Shown here: piece after piece, positions 45,547 through 54,548 of the stretch
Position numbering within the stretch: position 1 is the first letter of the stretch
How the letters are laid out: every line of letters begins with the position of its first letter
Source of the DNA: a virus
Lineage: Duplodnaviria; Heunggongvirae; Uroviricota; Caudoviricetes
Direction: 5' to 3' (one strand)
Length of the DNA: 64,000 nt
IMG/VR virus record: IMGVR_UViG_3300043436_001089
The notes under the pieces: model-generated
Databases searched by the model: none
What the model saw: only the letters and a program-made list of their open reading frames with translations
Told to the model about the DNA's origin: nothing
Position numbers and translations under genes: made by a program

Positions 45547-46101
45547 TTACGCAAACAAGTCCTCATTCCACTCACGATGACCTTCACGATAAGCCATGTT
45601 AGATTGTGTCTCACGTACTTCAACACGATAGCACCATAGACGCTTGGCTTCACCATCACCCCACATATCAGGGATGTAAACACCATTCACATACTTGTAA
45701 AGCATATCTGCTAAACTCTCGCAACCAATTCGTGGTAGAATGGTTAGTTTAGCTAACTTCTTTTCTTGTAACATTTTGAATGTTTCAAGTTCGGGATCGT
45801 CTTGTGCGACTAGTAATGTATGGTCAAACTGATCCTCAAGAATCTTTTTCAATTCTTTAAGACCACCGTAGTCAGCCGCCCAGTTACGAACGTCTAGATC
45901 GTTTGTACCGAAATAGAATTTCATACTGAAACTGTACCCGTGAATCATGTTGCAGTGACTATCTGCACGCCACTGTCGATAAGCGCACGGGAATGAATCG
46001 TGATATTCTTTTGTGCTAGTATACTTATAAGTCACTGGTCTAGTGTTTTGTAAGTTTTCTTCTATGTGACGAATTAAGTCACCTGTTGATGAGTTTGCCA
46101 T
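45547..46101 (-). CDS. queD: QueD-like 6-carboxy-tetrahydropterin synthase (PTPS family)
   Basis: CNMIHGYSF matches the CxxxHGH zinc motif region. FDHTLLV matches LDHHYLN of E. coli QueD. It is longer than the E. coli protein (184 aa). Confidence 0.65.
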   Translation of the reverse strand: MANSSTGDLIRHIEENLQNTRPVTYKYTSTKEYHDSFPCAYRQWRADSHCNMIHGYSFSMKFYFGTNDLDVRNWAADYGGLKELKKILEDQFDHTLLVAQDDPELETFKMLQEKKLAKLTILPRIGCESLADMLYKYVNGVYIPDMWGDGEAKRLWCYRVEVRETQSNMAYREGHREWNEDLFA

Positions 46102-46176
46102 TATTTTCTCCTATGTTAATTATAGCATAGGACGCAGAATTTGTATACCGGGATGAGCCCATAAGGCCGGTTATCT

Positions 46177-46974
46177 TTATTTACCAAATCCCAAAGATTT
46201 GCGAATTTTTGTTGCACTAATATTATGAGTAGCATCATCAAAAACTTCTTGTTCAATGGTATAACCCACATCACGACCATATGTAATGTTAGTGATATTT
46301 GGAACTACTTGAATTTCATATTGACCTTGATAAAGCATGTCCAAATCACGCTTGATAAAGTTCTTTACTTGGTCAATTGCAAATGGGTTAGTTCCATTCC
46401 ATCCTTGGCAGTCACGTATTTGAATGACAACTTGCCCAGTCTTAGCAATAGCACGTTCAAACAACTTACGATGTCCTTCGTGCCAGGGTTGCCAGCGACC
46501 TAACATCTGTACAGTTTCTTTTTGCCAATTAAATACGGGTCTGCGTCTATCATCTAGTATATGTGCGGCAATAAACTCACCCCACTTTTCACCGTGTTGC
46601 TCGGTGATTCTGAAATCATACTGTTCAGGTGGAATAAATGCTTTGTTGGTATCTTCGTATCGACCCTTGTCAATCGTATCTACCCACACAGTCCAATCTG
46701 CTTTGAAGTTATTACGCATTTCAACTAATGGTGCAACAAAATCACAGATAACATAATCATATTCTGTCATTGTATCTGCTAGTTGACGCATACGATGACT
46801 TTGACGAATACGACCTTCTGTGCTAAAGTCCCAGTCATTGTACTTTTTACGCACATCATCCGCGTTTAGCCAGCCTACTTTTTTCTTTTCATTTTGTAAA
46901 TACTCTAGTACATATTGTGCTAGGTAAGTTTTTCCTGCGCCCGGAAGACCCATTACTAAAATTCGATATGTCAT
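46177..46974 (-). CDS. Fusion of P-loop kinase and HxGH nucleotidyltransferase
   Basis: N-terminal Walker A VMGLPGAGKT. C-terminal WQPWHEGHRKLF (HxGH), the signature of the cytidylyl/adenylyltransferase superfamily. Confidence 0.6.
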   Translation of the reverse strand: MTYRILVMGLPGAGKTYLAQYVLEYLQNEKKKVGWLNADDVRKKYNDWDFSTEGRIRQSHRMRQLADTMTEYDYVICDFVAPLVEMRNNFKADWTVWVDTIDKGRYEDTNKAFIPPEQYDFRITEQHGEKWGEFIAAHILDDRRRPVFNWQKETVQMLGRWQPWHEGHRKLFERAIAKTGQVVIQIRDCQGWNGTNPFAIDQVKNFIKRDLDMLYQGQYEIQVVPNITNITYGRDVGYTIEQEVFDDATHNISATKIRKSLGFGK

Positions 46975-46996
46975 TTATATAACTCCATTATTATTT

Positions 46997-47716
46997 TTAA
47001 CTAATTTTTATATTTAAATTTCTTGCAATTAACTTGTTTATTCTCGAATAAGTAGTTCCACTTGAATCCATTTTTTGAGTGACCATTTCTTTTATTTCTG
47101 TATAATTTTCTGGTCTAGGAGTAAACAGTAATTCAGGAGAAATAATCTCAGTATCTTCGAGCCACACATCTAAGTCAATGGGGCCATCAAAATCATCCAT
47201 CAATTTATTACAATATAAACTACGATAGATTGCATACTCAAGATGTTCTCTATTGTATGGGATTGGGTCGTGAATATTTTTAGGTATGTCTATGATATTA
47301 TAGTAAGCCCAGTACCCCTCTTTTCCACTATTACTAGTTGTACTTCTTACCAGTTCAATATAAAAACTAGTTATTTGGTCTATTATATTACGCCGACAAA
47401 TTCTTATTACATAGCACTCGTTATTCTTAATACTGTCAGCTACCATTAATCTTTGATTATTAAGTATGTTATCCAGCGGTCCTGCCTCAAGAAGTTCAGG
47501 GTACATTAATTCATCTATATGAGTTTTTAATATGTACGGTTGTTTACTATTCATAAGATCAGATAATTCTGTTTTTTCTTTTGATGCAATATTAAAGGGT
47601 TCATTAATGAATGGGATACCTAAGTGTCTTTTGAGTTCAAGAGATAGCGCCGTAGAACCTGTTCTCGGAGCAGATAAAATAATTACTGGAAATTTTGTTA
47701 TGTTATATTTGTTCAT
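46997..47716 (-). CDS. Sulfotransferase (PAPS-dependent, Stf0/NodH-like)
   Basis: The 5'-PSB-like SAPRTGSTAL (PRSGST motif) and the 3'-PB-like RRNIIDQITS (Rx7S) are both present. Confidence 0.55.
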   Translation of the reverse strand: MNKYNITKFPVIILSAPRTGSTALSLELKRHLGIPFINEPFNIASKEKTELSDLMNSKQPYILKTHIDELMYPELLEAGPLDNILNNQRLMVADSIKNNECYVIRICRRNIIDQITSFYIELVRSTTSNSGKEGYWAYYNIIDIPKNIHDPIPYNREHLEYAIYRSLYCNKLMDDFDGPIDLDVWLEDTEIISPELLFTPRPENYTEIKEMVTQKMDSSGTTYSRINKLIARNLNIKIS

Positions 47717-47737
47717 ATATTATTCTATTTACGCTTT

Positions 47738-48040
47738 TTATCGGTATAATTCCAAAAGCATCTTATACTTATCATACGCTTCACTGATTGCCGGGTGTCT
47801 TTTACGCATCCATGCTTCGCTTCTCTGATCTTGCCACAGTAGATCATACTCATGGTCTATCCTGACCAATTGTTCAAATCCACTACGTGTAATTTCTATT
47901 TCAATAAGTTCTTCACGGTTAGTGTAGTAACCAGCAGTTTGATTGTAACCATAGTTAATAGTCTCAAAATTACGGTCACGAACTACCTGCACATGTTTGA
48001 CACTATATTTATTAATGAATGAATCGTAAAAATTACTCAT
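47738..48040 (-). CDS. Hypothetical protein
   Basis: 100-aa ORF. Confidence 0.4.
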   Translation of the reverse strand: MSNFYDSFINKYSVKHVQVVRDRNFETINYGYNQTAGYYTNREELIEIEITRSGFEQLVRIDHEYDLLWQDQRSEAWMRKRHPAISEAYDKYKMLLELYR

Positions 48041-48510
48041 TGTTGACCTCTTTTGTTGGTTTCACTATCATAGACACGTTTACGTAGGCTACTGGAGCTG
48101 AAGGAGTGATCTCTACCGTTAAAGACAATTTCGATGGATCTGAGCTTGCATTCACCTTTACCACTGAATTCCTTATCGGCATATTCGACACCAAGGATTC
48201 TGACATCCACCGGTAGTATGAGTAAGAGGTCAACGAGGTCCTGCTCTGTACTATACACAACCACTTCGTCAACGTAACGACACGCCGCCAACTGGATTTG
48301 ACGTTCCACAATGCTTTGAACAGGCTTGTTTTTAGTGTCAGGCCTATCAATTGTAGGATCACTTTGAAGTCCGCAAATAAGGTAGTCGCAATGGTTTCTT
48401 GCTTCACTGAGCATTGCGATATGTCCTGCGTGAAGCATGTCGAAGGTTGAGAATGTGATTCCAATTCGTTTGCCTTCTTGTTTAAGTTTTTTAACATGAT
48501 TAAATATCAT
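48037..48510 (-). CDS. Cytidylyl/adenylyltransferase (HldE/RfaE domain II or TagD-like)
   Basis: TFDMLHAGH (HxGH) in a 157-aa single-domain protein. Confidence 0.65.
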   Translation of the reverse strand: MIFNHVKKLKQEGKRIGITFSTFDMLHAGHIAMLSEARNHCDYLICGLQSDPTIDRPDTKNKPVQSIVERQIQLAACRYVDEVVVYSTEQDLVDLLLILPVDVRILGVEYADKEFSGKGECKLRSIEIVFNGRDHSFSSSSLRKRVYDSETNKRGQQ

Positions 48511-48847
48511 CTGGTAGTATTTCCTCTAACTCAGTTTCATCCTCAAAGTAATGAACATGATAAGTTTTACCTGCATGTTCATATACATCAGTGAAAGAAC
48601 GTTGATTGTTGGTTGACTCAATTGGTTCCAATAATCTGAACACAGTAAACAAGTGCTCACGTTCAGTACCCTCAATCTTACGTTTATCAGGTCCCATGAC
48701 TTTACGCATGAACTCTTTGAGTTTGATAGGATCACTAGCGATTCTATCAGCAGCCTCTTGAATCCAGTCAAGATTTGTTTTTGCAGTCACAGTTACGTCC
48801 TTGGTTACAGTTGCCGGTGCAATCGCTCTTCGGTAATCTACGAACAA
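48500..48847 (-). CDS. Hypothetical protein
   Basis: 115-aa ORF. Confidence 0.4.
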   Translation of the reverse strand: MFVDYRRAIAPATVTKDVTVTAKTNLDWIQEAADRIASDPIKLKEFMRKVMGPDKRKIEGTEREHLFTVFRLLEPIESTNNQRSFTDVYEHAGKTYHVHYFEDETELEEILPDDI

Positions 48848-48892
48848 CTGTTATAGCGATGACAACTACTATTAGTAGAATAATGACTGTCA

Positions 48893-49570
48893 TTACTTAC
48901 CTTTGTTTGCAATCTGCAAGAACTCTGCACGTGCCGCTGGATCAGTTTTGAACCCGCCGCCTAATCGACAAGTAACAGTGCTTGAACCTGTATCTTCTAC
49001 GCCGCGACTCTTAACGCAATAGTGTTGTGCGTCAATCATAACTGCCACGTCCTCTGTTTCAAGTATGAATTGTAGCGTATGGAAAATCTGCTCTGTGAGG
49101 CGCTCTTGAATCTGCGGGCGTTTTGAAAAATACTCAACAATACGGTTGATCTTACTGAGTCCCAAGACTTTTTGCTTAGGAACATATGCAACAGTAGCCA
49201 AGCCGTCAATAACGACAAAGTGATGTTCGCAATTACTTTGGACGTTGACGTTACGCTCAACGACCATTTCGTTGTAGTGCATTTTGTTGTCCACGGTAGT
49301 GCATTTTGGGAACGCTTCATAATCTAAACCCCAGAAGATTTCGTTGACATACATCTTAGCAACACGCTTTGGTGTGTCAATCAAACTATCGTCTGTTAAG
49401 TCAAGACCGAGCGTTTCCATAATATATGCAAAGTGAAGTTCGATTTTATCAATCTTTTCTTTACGGTCTATACTATTAGGTTTTGTAGGTGTCTCAACAC
49501 CCATTTTGACTAAGTATTCGTGTACTTTTTGACCCAACTCTGGGTCTGTTTTTGTTTTATTATAACTCAT
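48893..49570 (-). CDS. folE: GTP cyclohydrolase I (FolE)
   Basis: CEHHFVVIDGLATVAYVPK, GLSKINRIVEYFSKRPQIQERLT and HYCVKSRGV align with E. coli FolE. The start is taken at MSYNKT after Shine-Dalgarno AAGGAAGG. Confidence 0.85.
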   Translation of the reverse strand: MSYNKTKTDPELGQKVHEYLVKMGVETPTKPNSIDRKEKIDKIELHFAYIMETLGLDLTDDSLIDTPKRVAKMYVNEIFWGLDYEAFPKCTTVDNKMHYNEMVVERNVNVQSNCEHHFVVIDGLATVAYVPKQKVLGLSKINRIVEYFSKRPQIQERLTEQIFHTLQFILETEDVAVMIDAQHYCVKSRGVEDTGSSTVTCRLGGGFKTDPAARAEFLQIANKGK

Positions 49571-49636
49571 AGATAACCTTCCTTTGTGATGGTTTTGTTT
49601 TGACATTGTGCTACCGTTGTGTAGCACAAGTATTTA

Positions 49637-49930
49637 TCATTCTTCGTCAACGATACAAAGAATATCTTCTTCTTTCATGACGATGAAATCTTGATTACCA
49701 ACTGTAATCTTTTGAGGACCTGATTGATTGTAGATTACAACGTCTCCCTCTTTTACTTCAGGTGTAGCGAAGGTTCCGTCCTCTAGTCTGCGACCTTTGC
49801 CTACCTTGAATACAGTGCCACGGGGCAATTTCTCTTGAGCCGAATCAGGGATATAAAACCCCGATTCAGTTCTAGTCTTTGCTTCCTGCGGTTTGACCAA
49901 GATGCGGTCATTTGCTGGAGTCAATGCCAT
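49637..49930 (-). CDS. groES: Co-chaperonin GroES (Cpn10)
   Basis: The 97-aa pattern ...DRILVKPQEAKTRTESGFYIPDSAQEKLPRGTVFKVGKGRRLEDG... matches the GroES mobile loop and beta-barrel. Confidence 0.8.
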   Translation of the reverse strand: MALTPANDRILVKPQEAKTRTESGFYIPDSAQEKLPRGTVFKVGKGRRLEDGTFATPEVKEGDVVIYNQSGPQKITVGNQDFIVMKEEDILCIVDEE

Positions 49931-49932
49931 GA

Positions 49933-50127
49933 TTAAGCCTTAGCTTTTGCTTCTGCACGTGCGGCTTTTTCTGCTGTAATTTCATTACGGCGAGCCTTAA
50001 CTGCTTTAGCTAGTTCTGCTAGTGCTTTGCGGGCACGTGTGCCTGCTGCCGCATTACCTGCAACAAACTTAGTATTTTCTGCGTTGTATGCAGCCAGTTG
50101 TGTTTCGATATCATTGTGTGCGCTCAT
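49933..50127 (-). CDS. Small basic Ala/Lys-rich protein (histone-like tail)
   Basis: The start is trimmed to MSAHNDIE after Shine-Dalgarno AAGGAG. The C-terminus is AEKAARAEAKAKA. Confidence 0.4.
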   Translation of the reverse strand: MSAHNDIETQLAAYNAENTKFVAGNAAAGTRARKALAELAKAVKARRNEITAEKAARAEAKAKA

Positions 50128-50137
50128 TAGTTTCTCC

Positions 50138-51325
50138 TTAAAATTTTGCTTCACGTGTGTGTTTGCGATAGTCTGTTGACATACGCAAATATTGTTCACC
50201 CTTGCCTTCAAGGATGTCACAAATTCTGTCTATAGTCCCGTCATTGCGTTGTGCGATAGCACCTTGATTATAATGAGGATCTCTTAGTAATGGGTGCAGT
50301 TTGTTAATAGCATCGTCAATAGACCAAGGCACGTAAAGTCTAGATGCATCATTTGCAAAAGTTTCTGGGAAACTCCTATAAGCAGGATACAAGACATTGC
50401 AACCAAGAGCATCCGCTTCGGATACGGTGTTGCTAACCCAGTCTTGTAAAGCGCAATTAAAGACAACACGACTATTGTTGACAATATTATAATAATCATT
50501 TTTACTCAAGTCCTCATGCAACGTAAGTAATCCGCGACTTACTAAGTCACGTGTGCGATCCATGTAACTATCGTTATTAGATTTCAGTTTGCTACCAGAG
50601 CAAACACAGAACTCTACGTTGTTACCATAACGCTCATGCCATTCTTCAATTAGATCCATATAGAAGTCAGGCTGCTTCTCTTGATCCCAACGTGCTGAAA
50701 AGACAACACGCATTGCCCGTTCTTCAAACGGTTTAATTTGATGCTGTACACGCTCACGTACTTCTTCCATGCCAAATGCTAGTCCACTGATATTGTAGAT
50801 CGGGACTTCCCAACCTGCAATCTTCATGTGCATGACCATTTCTTCATTAGTTGCGAGGATCGCACCACCACTCTGGCTAACAGCTTCGCAGACCATCTTC
50901 TCATAGGAACCCATCCACTTGGCCATCCCCCAAACGTGAACAAAGTCATCAGGGTCGATTGACTGCGCAAGACAGCGCACATATATCTTAGGGCGATGTG
51001 CTTCACTAACTTGATTAAGAATATAAGGCAAGCTCTCAAAGCCCGGCTGAAACATATCTTCAAAATAGATAACATCTTCATTATTGATTTTACCTTGTTT
51101 CATCCACATAACAAGATTCATCATCTGACTCATAGCAAAATAGCTACGACCATGTGCATCTAGTACTTGACCGGTTACAATAGATTCTTCATTGTCTAGT
51201 GTTTCACCGGGTACGATTACATACTGAATCTTGCGTTTCTCAAATGCACGTGTGTTCCACTGCTGTAGTTGCAATGTGTACCGTGCTTTATAGGGTTCTA
51301 GTCCCATGTAAATAAGTCTACGCAT
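50138..51325 (-). CDS. Putative glycosyltransferase (GT-B-like)
   Basis: 395 aa. ARWDQEKQPDFYMDLIEEW resembles the GT4 EX7E region. Weak evidence. Confidence 0.45.
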   Translation of the reverse strand: MRRLIYMGLEPYKARYTLQLQQWNTRAFEKRKIQYVIVPGETLDNEESIVTGQVLDAHGRSYFAMSQMMNLVMWMKQGKINNEDVIYFEDMFQPGFESLPYILNQVSEAHRPKIYVRCLAQSIDPDDFVHVWGMAKWMGSYEKMVCEAVSQSGGAILATNEEMVMHMKIAGWEVPIYNISGLAFGMEEVRERVQHQIKPFEERAMRVVFSARWDQEKQPDFYMDLIEEWHERYGNNVEFCVCSGSKLKSNNDSYMDRTRDLVSRGLLTLHEDLSKNDYYNIVNNSRVVFNCALQDWVSNTVSEADALGCNVLYPAYRSFPETFANDASRLYVPWSIDDAINKLHPLLRDPHYNQGAIAQRNDGTIDRICDILEGKGEQYLRMSTDYRKHTREAKF

Positions 51326-52085
51326 TATTTTTTCTTTCTATATCTTCTTCGTTGCATTCTTCACCATATTGAATCTCTACGATTCTACAAGGTGTCTTAT
51401 ATGGATTACTTAGTCTATGCCAATCACCTTGTGGAATTTGTACTTGACTGAATGTTGTTAGTTCCATTGAAGGCAATGCATAGCCACTAGGCATAGTCAT
51501 GTCAAGGATACAATTACCTTCAGTCACGTGCCAAAATTCGTGTCGCTTGAAATGTCGTTGCATACTCAGACTTTGACCGGGATTTACTGTTAATTCTTTT
51601 ACCTTGCATCCTTGCACATCATGTAGTATACGATAGTATCCCCATTGGCGCAACGTTTTTGGTTGTTTCCATTCACGTAGAATCCAACTGCTCGAATTCT
51701 TTTTATCATTTCCACCGACACCAAATACAAATTCTATGTTGTCGTCTTCAACATCCATTTCTGGAATGTTATCATGTGTTCTATCTCCGCCGTTAGCAAA
51801 GATAATAGTTGCTTCTGGGAATTTCTCCCTCACTGCGTAGATAGCATACTTTGCAGTATTGTCTACATCGTCAAAATTTATTACCCAATCTACTGGATCT
51901 AAATTTCCTACAATGGTTAGTCTTTCATCAAACGGCATAAAAGGTTGGCCCTTTTTACGAGCCAACCAATCATCACTGTTGAGACCAACTACTAAGTTGT
52001 CGCCCAATTCTTTAGCGGCTTTGAGATAACTGACATGTCCAGAATGTACAGGGTCAAAGCCTCCAGTGACTAATACAATTTTCAT
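51318..52085 (-). CDS. Heptose-1-phosphate adenylyltransferase-like (HldE domain II) fused to C-terminal cupin
   Basis: VTGGFDPVHSGHVSYLKAAKELGDNLVVGLNSDDW...VDWVI aligns closely with E. coli HldE domain II. The C-terminus has the cupin motif QRHFKRHEFWHVTEG. Confidence 0.65.
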   Translation of the reverse strand: MKIVLVTGGFDPVHSGHVSYLKAAKELGDNLVVGLNSDDWLARKKGQPFMPFDERLTIVGNLDPVDWVINFDDVDNTAKYAIYAVREKFPEATIIFANGGDRTHDNIPEMDVEDDNIEFVFGVGGNDKKNSSSWILREWKQPKTLRQWGYYRILHDVQGCKVKELTVNPGQSLSMQRHFKRHEFWHVTEGNCILDMTMPSGYALPSMELTTFSQVQIPQGDWHRLSNPYKTPCRIVEIQYGEECNEEDIERKNNA

Positions 52086-52288
52086 CGAATAATTGCTTCT
52101 GCCCACATGTCTTTGGGTGACTTGTTAGTCATCCATTTCTCAAACTGACGAAACGCAAAGCTTCGGCGGTCATAGAGAGTTGACTCGTCAAACTTGTATC
52201 CATAGTCCTGACAGAATTCAAGATATTTTTCCAAGTCTTCAAAAATTTGACGGACACGTGGATTGGGTTGAAAAGAAGGTTTTGCCAT
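52082..52288 (-). CDS. Hypothetical small protein
   Basis: 68-aa ORF. Confidence 0.35.
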   Translation of the reverse strand: MAKPSFQPNPRVRQIFEDLEKYLEFCQDYGYKFDESTLYDRRSFAFRQFEKWMTNKSPKDMWAEAIIR

Positions 52289-52301
52289 TTTAATAATTCC
52301 T

Positions 52302-52757
52302 TTAAATAGCGAGTTGTTGATAAGGTTGAGTTAAGTTATAATGAATCGTGGCACCGTTCTCACCGTCTTCGCTTACGGTAATAATGATTTCACGTTCGGG
52401 ATAGCGAGTAGCGATTTGCTCATAGAGGTCATCACTAATCATTTCACACGACTTATAATTCAATTCAAGTGTTCCGCCTTTATAGAGATTCTCTAACCAG
52501 CGTTTAAATTGAATGAACTCAATATCCCTGTCGTTGTGAAATACTTCAATCGCCACATTAAAGTGAAAAATGTGACGATGTGGGGTTCCTAGAAAGCTAA
52601 CATCATATTCGTCACCTGTCGCTAGGTTAAAATCTGATGCTGCCGCGGGGTACTTATGAATACCTTCTTTCTGAAAGGTCACAAAAATCATACGTTTCGC
52701 TTTATCTTTAATGCGATTACGTGCTTCTACCATTGCATGGTGTCGTTGTTCAATCAT
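52302..52757 (-). CDS. Hypothetical protein, possible T-fold (PTPS/QueD-related)
   Basis: LGTPHRHIFHF loosely resembles the PTPS HxH zinc site context. Weak evidence. Confidence 0.3.
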   Translation of the reverse strand: MIEQRHHAMVEARNRIKDKAKRMIFVTFQKEGIHKYPAAASDFNLATGDEYDVSFLGTPHRHIFHFNVAIEVFHNDRDIEFIQFKRWLENLYKGGTLELNYKSCEMISDDLYEQIATRYPEREIIITVSEDGENGATIHYNLTQPYQQLAI

Positions 52758-52966
52758 CTGTCATCCCCAAAGTCTACTGTATCATGGTCGTGATCCCATT
52801 GAGCACGATTCATTTGTCTAAGTTCAGTCATGTATTTTACACTAGTAGTACGCAGTTCTGCAAGTTTTTTGGGATCTGCGTTTCCCGATTTCTCTAATTG
52901 AAATATCTGATTTTCTACTATTCTGTGTGATTCTTCTAATGTTTTAATACGTTGAGTGTATGGCAT
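52754..52966 (-). CDS. Hypothetical small coiled-coil protein
   Basis: 70-aa ORF. Confidence 0.35.
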   Translation of the reverse strand: MPYTQRIKTLEESHRIVENQIFQLEKSGNADPKKLAELRTTSVKYMTELRQMNRAQWDHDHDTVDFGDDR

Positions 52967-52967
52967 A

Positions 52968-54548
52968 TTATTCTCCTAAAACTTCATTGATTGCGTCATC
53001 ACTATCCTCAATGATTTCATCAATCTCTGGCTCACTACTATTTACTTCAAATAATTGGTCAAACATAGTCATAGCATTTTCAGTTTTCTTACCGCTGATA
53101 CCTTGACTACCTGATTGAAACTGCTTCCAGTAACTGTTATGATAGTTGATAACATCTAATGCTTCTTGTTTAGTCTTCTTACTAAAGATTTCATCAACAA
53201 TATTTTTAAAAAAGCTATCACCGTCTAATTTATGAACTAACATCTTAGGCACAACACCCTGCGCATATTGACGATTAGCTTCTTGAACAGCATTCATATG
53301 CATCCAAACATTATGACTCTGAATCAATGTATAGCTCAATGTATCCCAACTAGTTTTAGTTTCTTTACCATGTGCACCTAAGAAGCCTTGACCCCTATAG
53401 CATACGTCCTTAACGACTAGTTTATCAGTTACTGGACTATCTGTAAAGAGTTTATGGACGCCGTCATTAATAATAGCATCACTAAACTTACGTTGGTCAC
53501 CACCGGGCATACCTGTTTGAGGTACACCGTACTTCTTATCATCTAGAGTTTTTTCCATACTATACGCCCACTTTTTATTGTGTTCAATACTAGTGTTGAA
53601 ATAACCTAGACCTTTAGCCGCACTATAGAACGGGCTTGCACAGTCAAATGTAATTTGAAGCTTTGGATTATGATACTTGCGGATAGCTTTCTGAATGTCA
53701 GTGAACAATACTGCATACTCTAAAATACTTGTACCTAAACAGTGAATCAAGTCATGCTTGCCTTCTTGTAATAGACCATCATGGATGATATCAACCATAC
53801 GTGTTAGCATTAAGTGAACGTCAATTTTGTTCTGTCCTCCAAACGCCCATCCGTTGAAGTGATTATCCGGATAGATATTTGGATCGCAATACTTTTTCAT
53901 TTCAAGATACCAATCATCAGATTGTGTATGATTGCGACCTTGCAATACGTTTAAGAACTTGCATTTACCCGAACGATGCTTTATAAAGTATTCGTTGTTA
54001 ATATGTGTAGCAGTGATAGCTTCTTCAATAGTACTAATACCGTGAGCACTCTTGCCTGTCTTAGGATCCTTGATATGAAAGGTAGTCAAGGATTGTGATG
54101 GGATATCAAGACACATACCATAGTCCATGTATGTGTCCATCCACGTGAGAACTTCTTTACGTTTCTTCATAGCACGTGGGCAGTTAGGATCTTTCCAATC
54201 AGCAGGCCACTGACATTTCAAAATCTGAAATCCACCTGAGTCACCCAACATGAAAGTACCTTCTTCACGTTCACGTATGATACTCTCACTAGAATCATTT
54301 TTCATTGGATCTAAGTTAGCATGACCAGCAGAGTACAAACCCCACTTATAAGTATACACACCTTCTTTACTATTTAAGAAATTTAATTTTTCAACATCAC
54401 CATTAAACCCTGCAGGAATACGTGATTGGTCAAAATAGTTTTCACCTTTACGCTGTTTACCTAAGCCGGCAATATAGAACGAACTTACTGCTGGTAAAAA
54501 CAGTGCCCATTCAGGGTCTTGTTTTGCTGATAGATTATCTTGTTGCAT
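52968..54548 (-). CDS. dpdA: DpdA-like DNA-guanine transglycosylase (TGT superfamily)
   Basis: FMLGDSGGFQILK matches the catalytic DSGG[FY]Q motif of tRNA-guanine transglycosylases. It lies next to folE, queD and queE, as in phage 7-deazaguanine DNA modification clusters. 526 aa. Confidence 0.65.
   Translation of the reverse strand: MQQDNLSAKQDPEWALFLPAVSSFYIAGLGKQRKGENYFDQSRIPAGFNGDVEKLNFLNSKEGVYTYKWGLYSAGHANLDPMKNDSSESIIREREEGTFMLGDSGGFQILKCQWPADWKDPNCPRAMKKRKEVLTWMDTYMDYGMCLDIPSQSLTTFHIKDPKTGKSAHGISTIEEAITATHINNEYFIKHRSGKCKFLNVLQGRNHTQSDDWYLEMKKYCDPNIYPDNHFNGWAFGGQNKIDVHLMLTRMVDIIHDGLLQEGKHDLIHCLGTSILEYAVLFTDIQKAIRKYHNPKLQITFDCASPFYSAAKGLGYFNTSIEHNKKWAYSMEKTLDDKKYGVPQTGMPGGDQRKFSDAIINDGVHKLFTDSPVTDKLVVKDVCYRGQGFLGAHGKETKTSWDTLSYTLIQSHNVWMHMNAVQEANRQYAQGVVPKMLVHKLDGDSFFKNIVDEIFSKKTKQEALDVINYHNSYWKQFQSGSQGISGKKTENAMTMFDQLFEVNSSEPEIDEIIEDSDDAINEVLGE

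Noticed and set aside
45396-45686. 96-aa ORF overlapping the 3' end of queD by about 140 nt
   Set aside because: The large overlap with a well-supported gene and its composition make it doubtful. A shorter internal start might encode a small membrane peptide, but there is no support for that.
46102-46176. Possible stem-loop (taccgg...ccggta) between queD and the kinase-NT gene
   Set aside because: The 6-bp stem carries a loop of about 17 nt and no T-tract, so it is not a convincing terminator or structured element.
48033-48497. 154-aa minus-strand ORF in an alternative frame to the cytidylyltransferase
   Set aside because: The overlapping frame 48037-48510 carries a clear HxGH nucleotidyltransferase motif. 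This frame has none.
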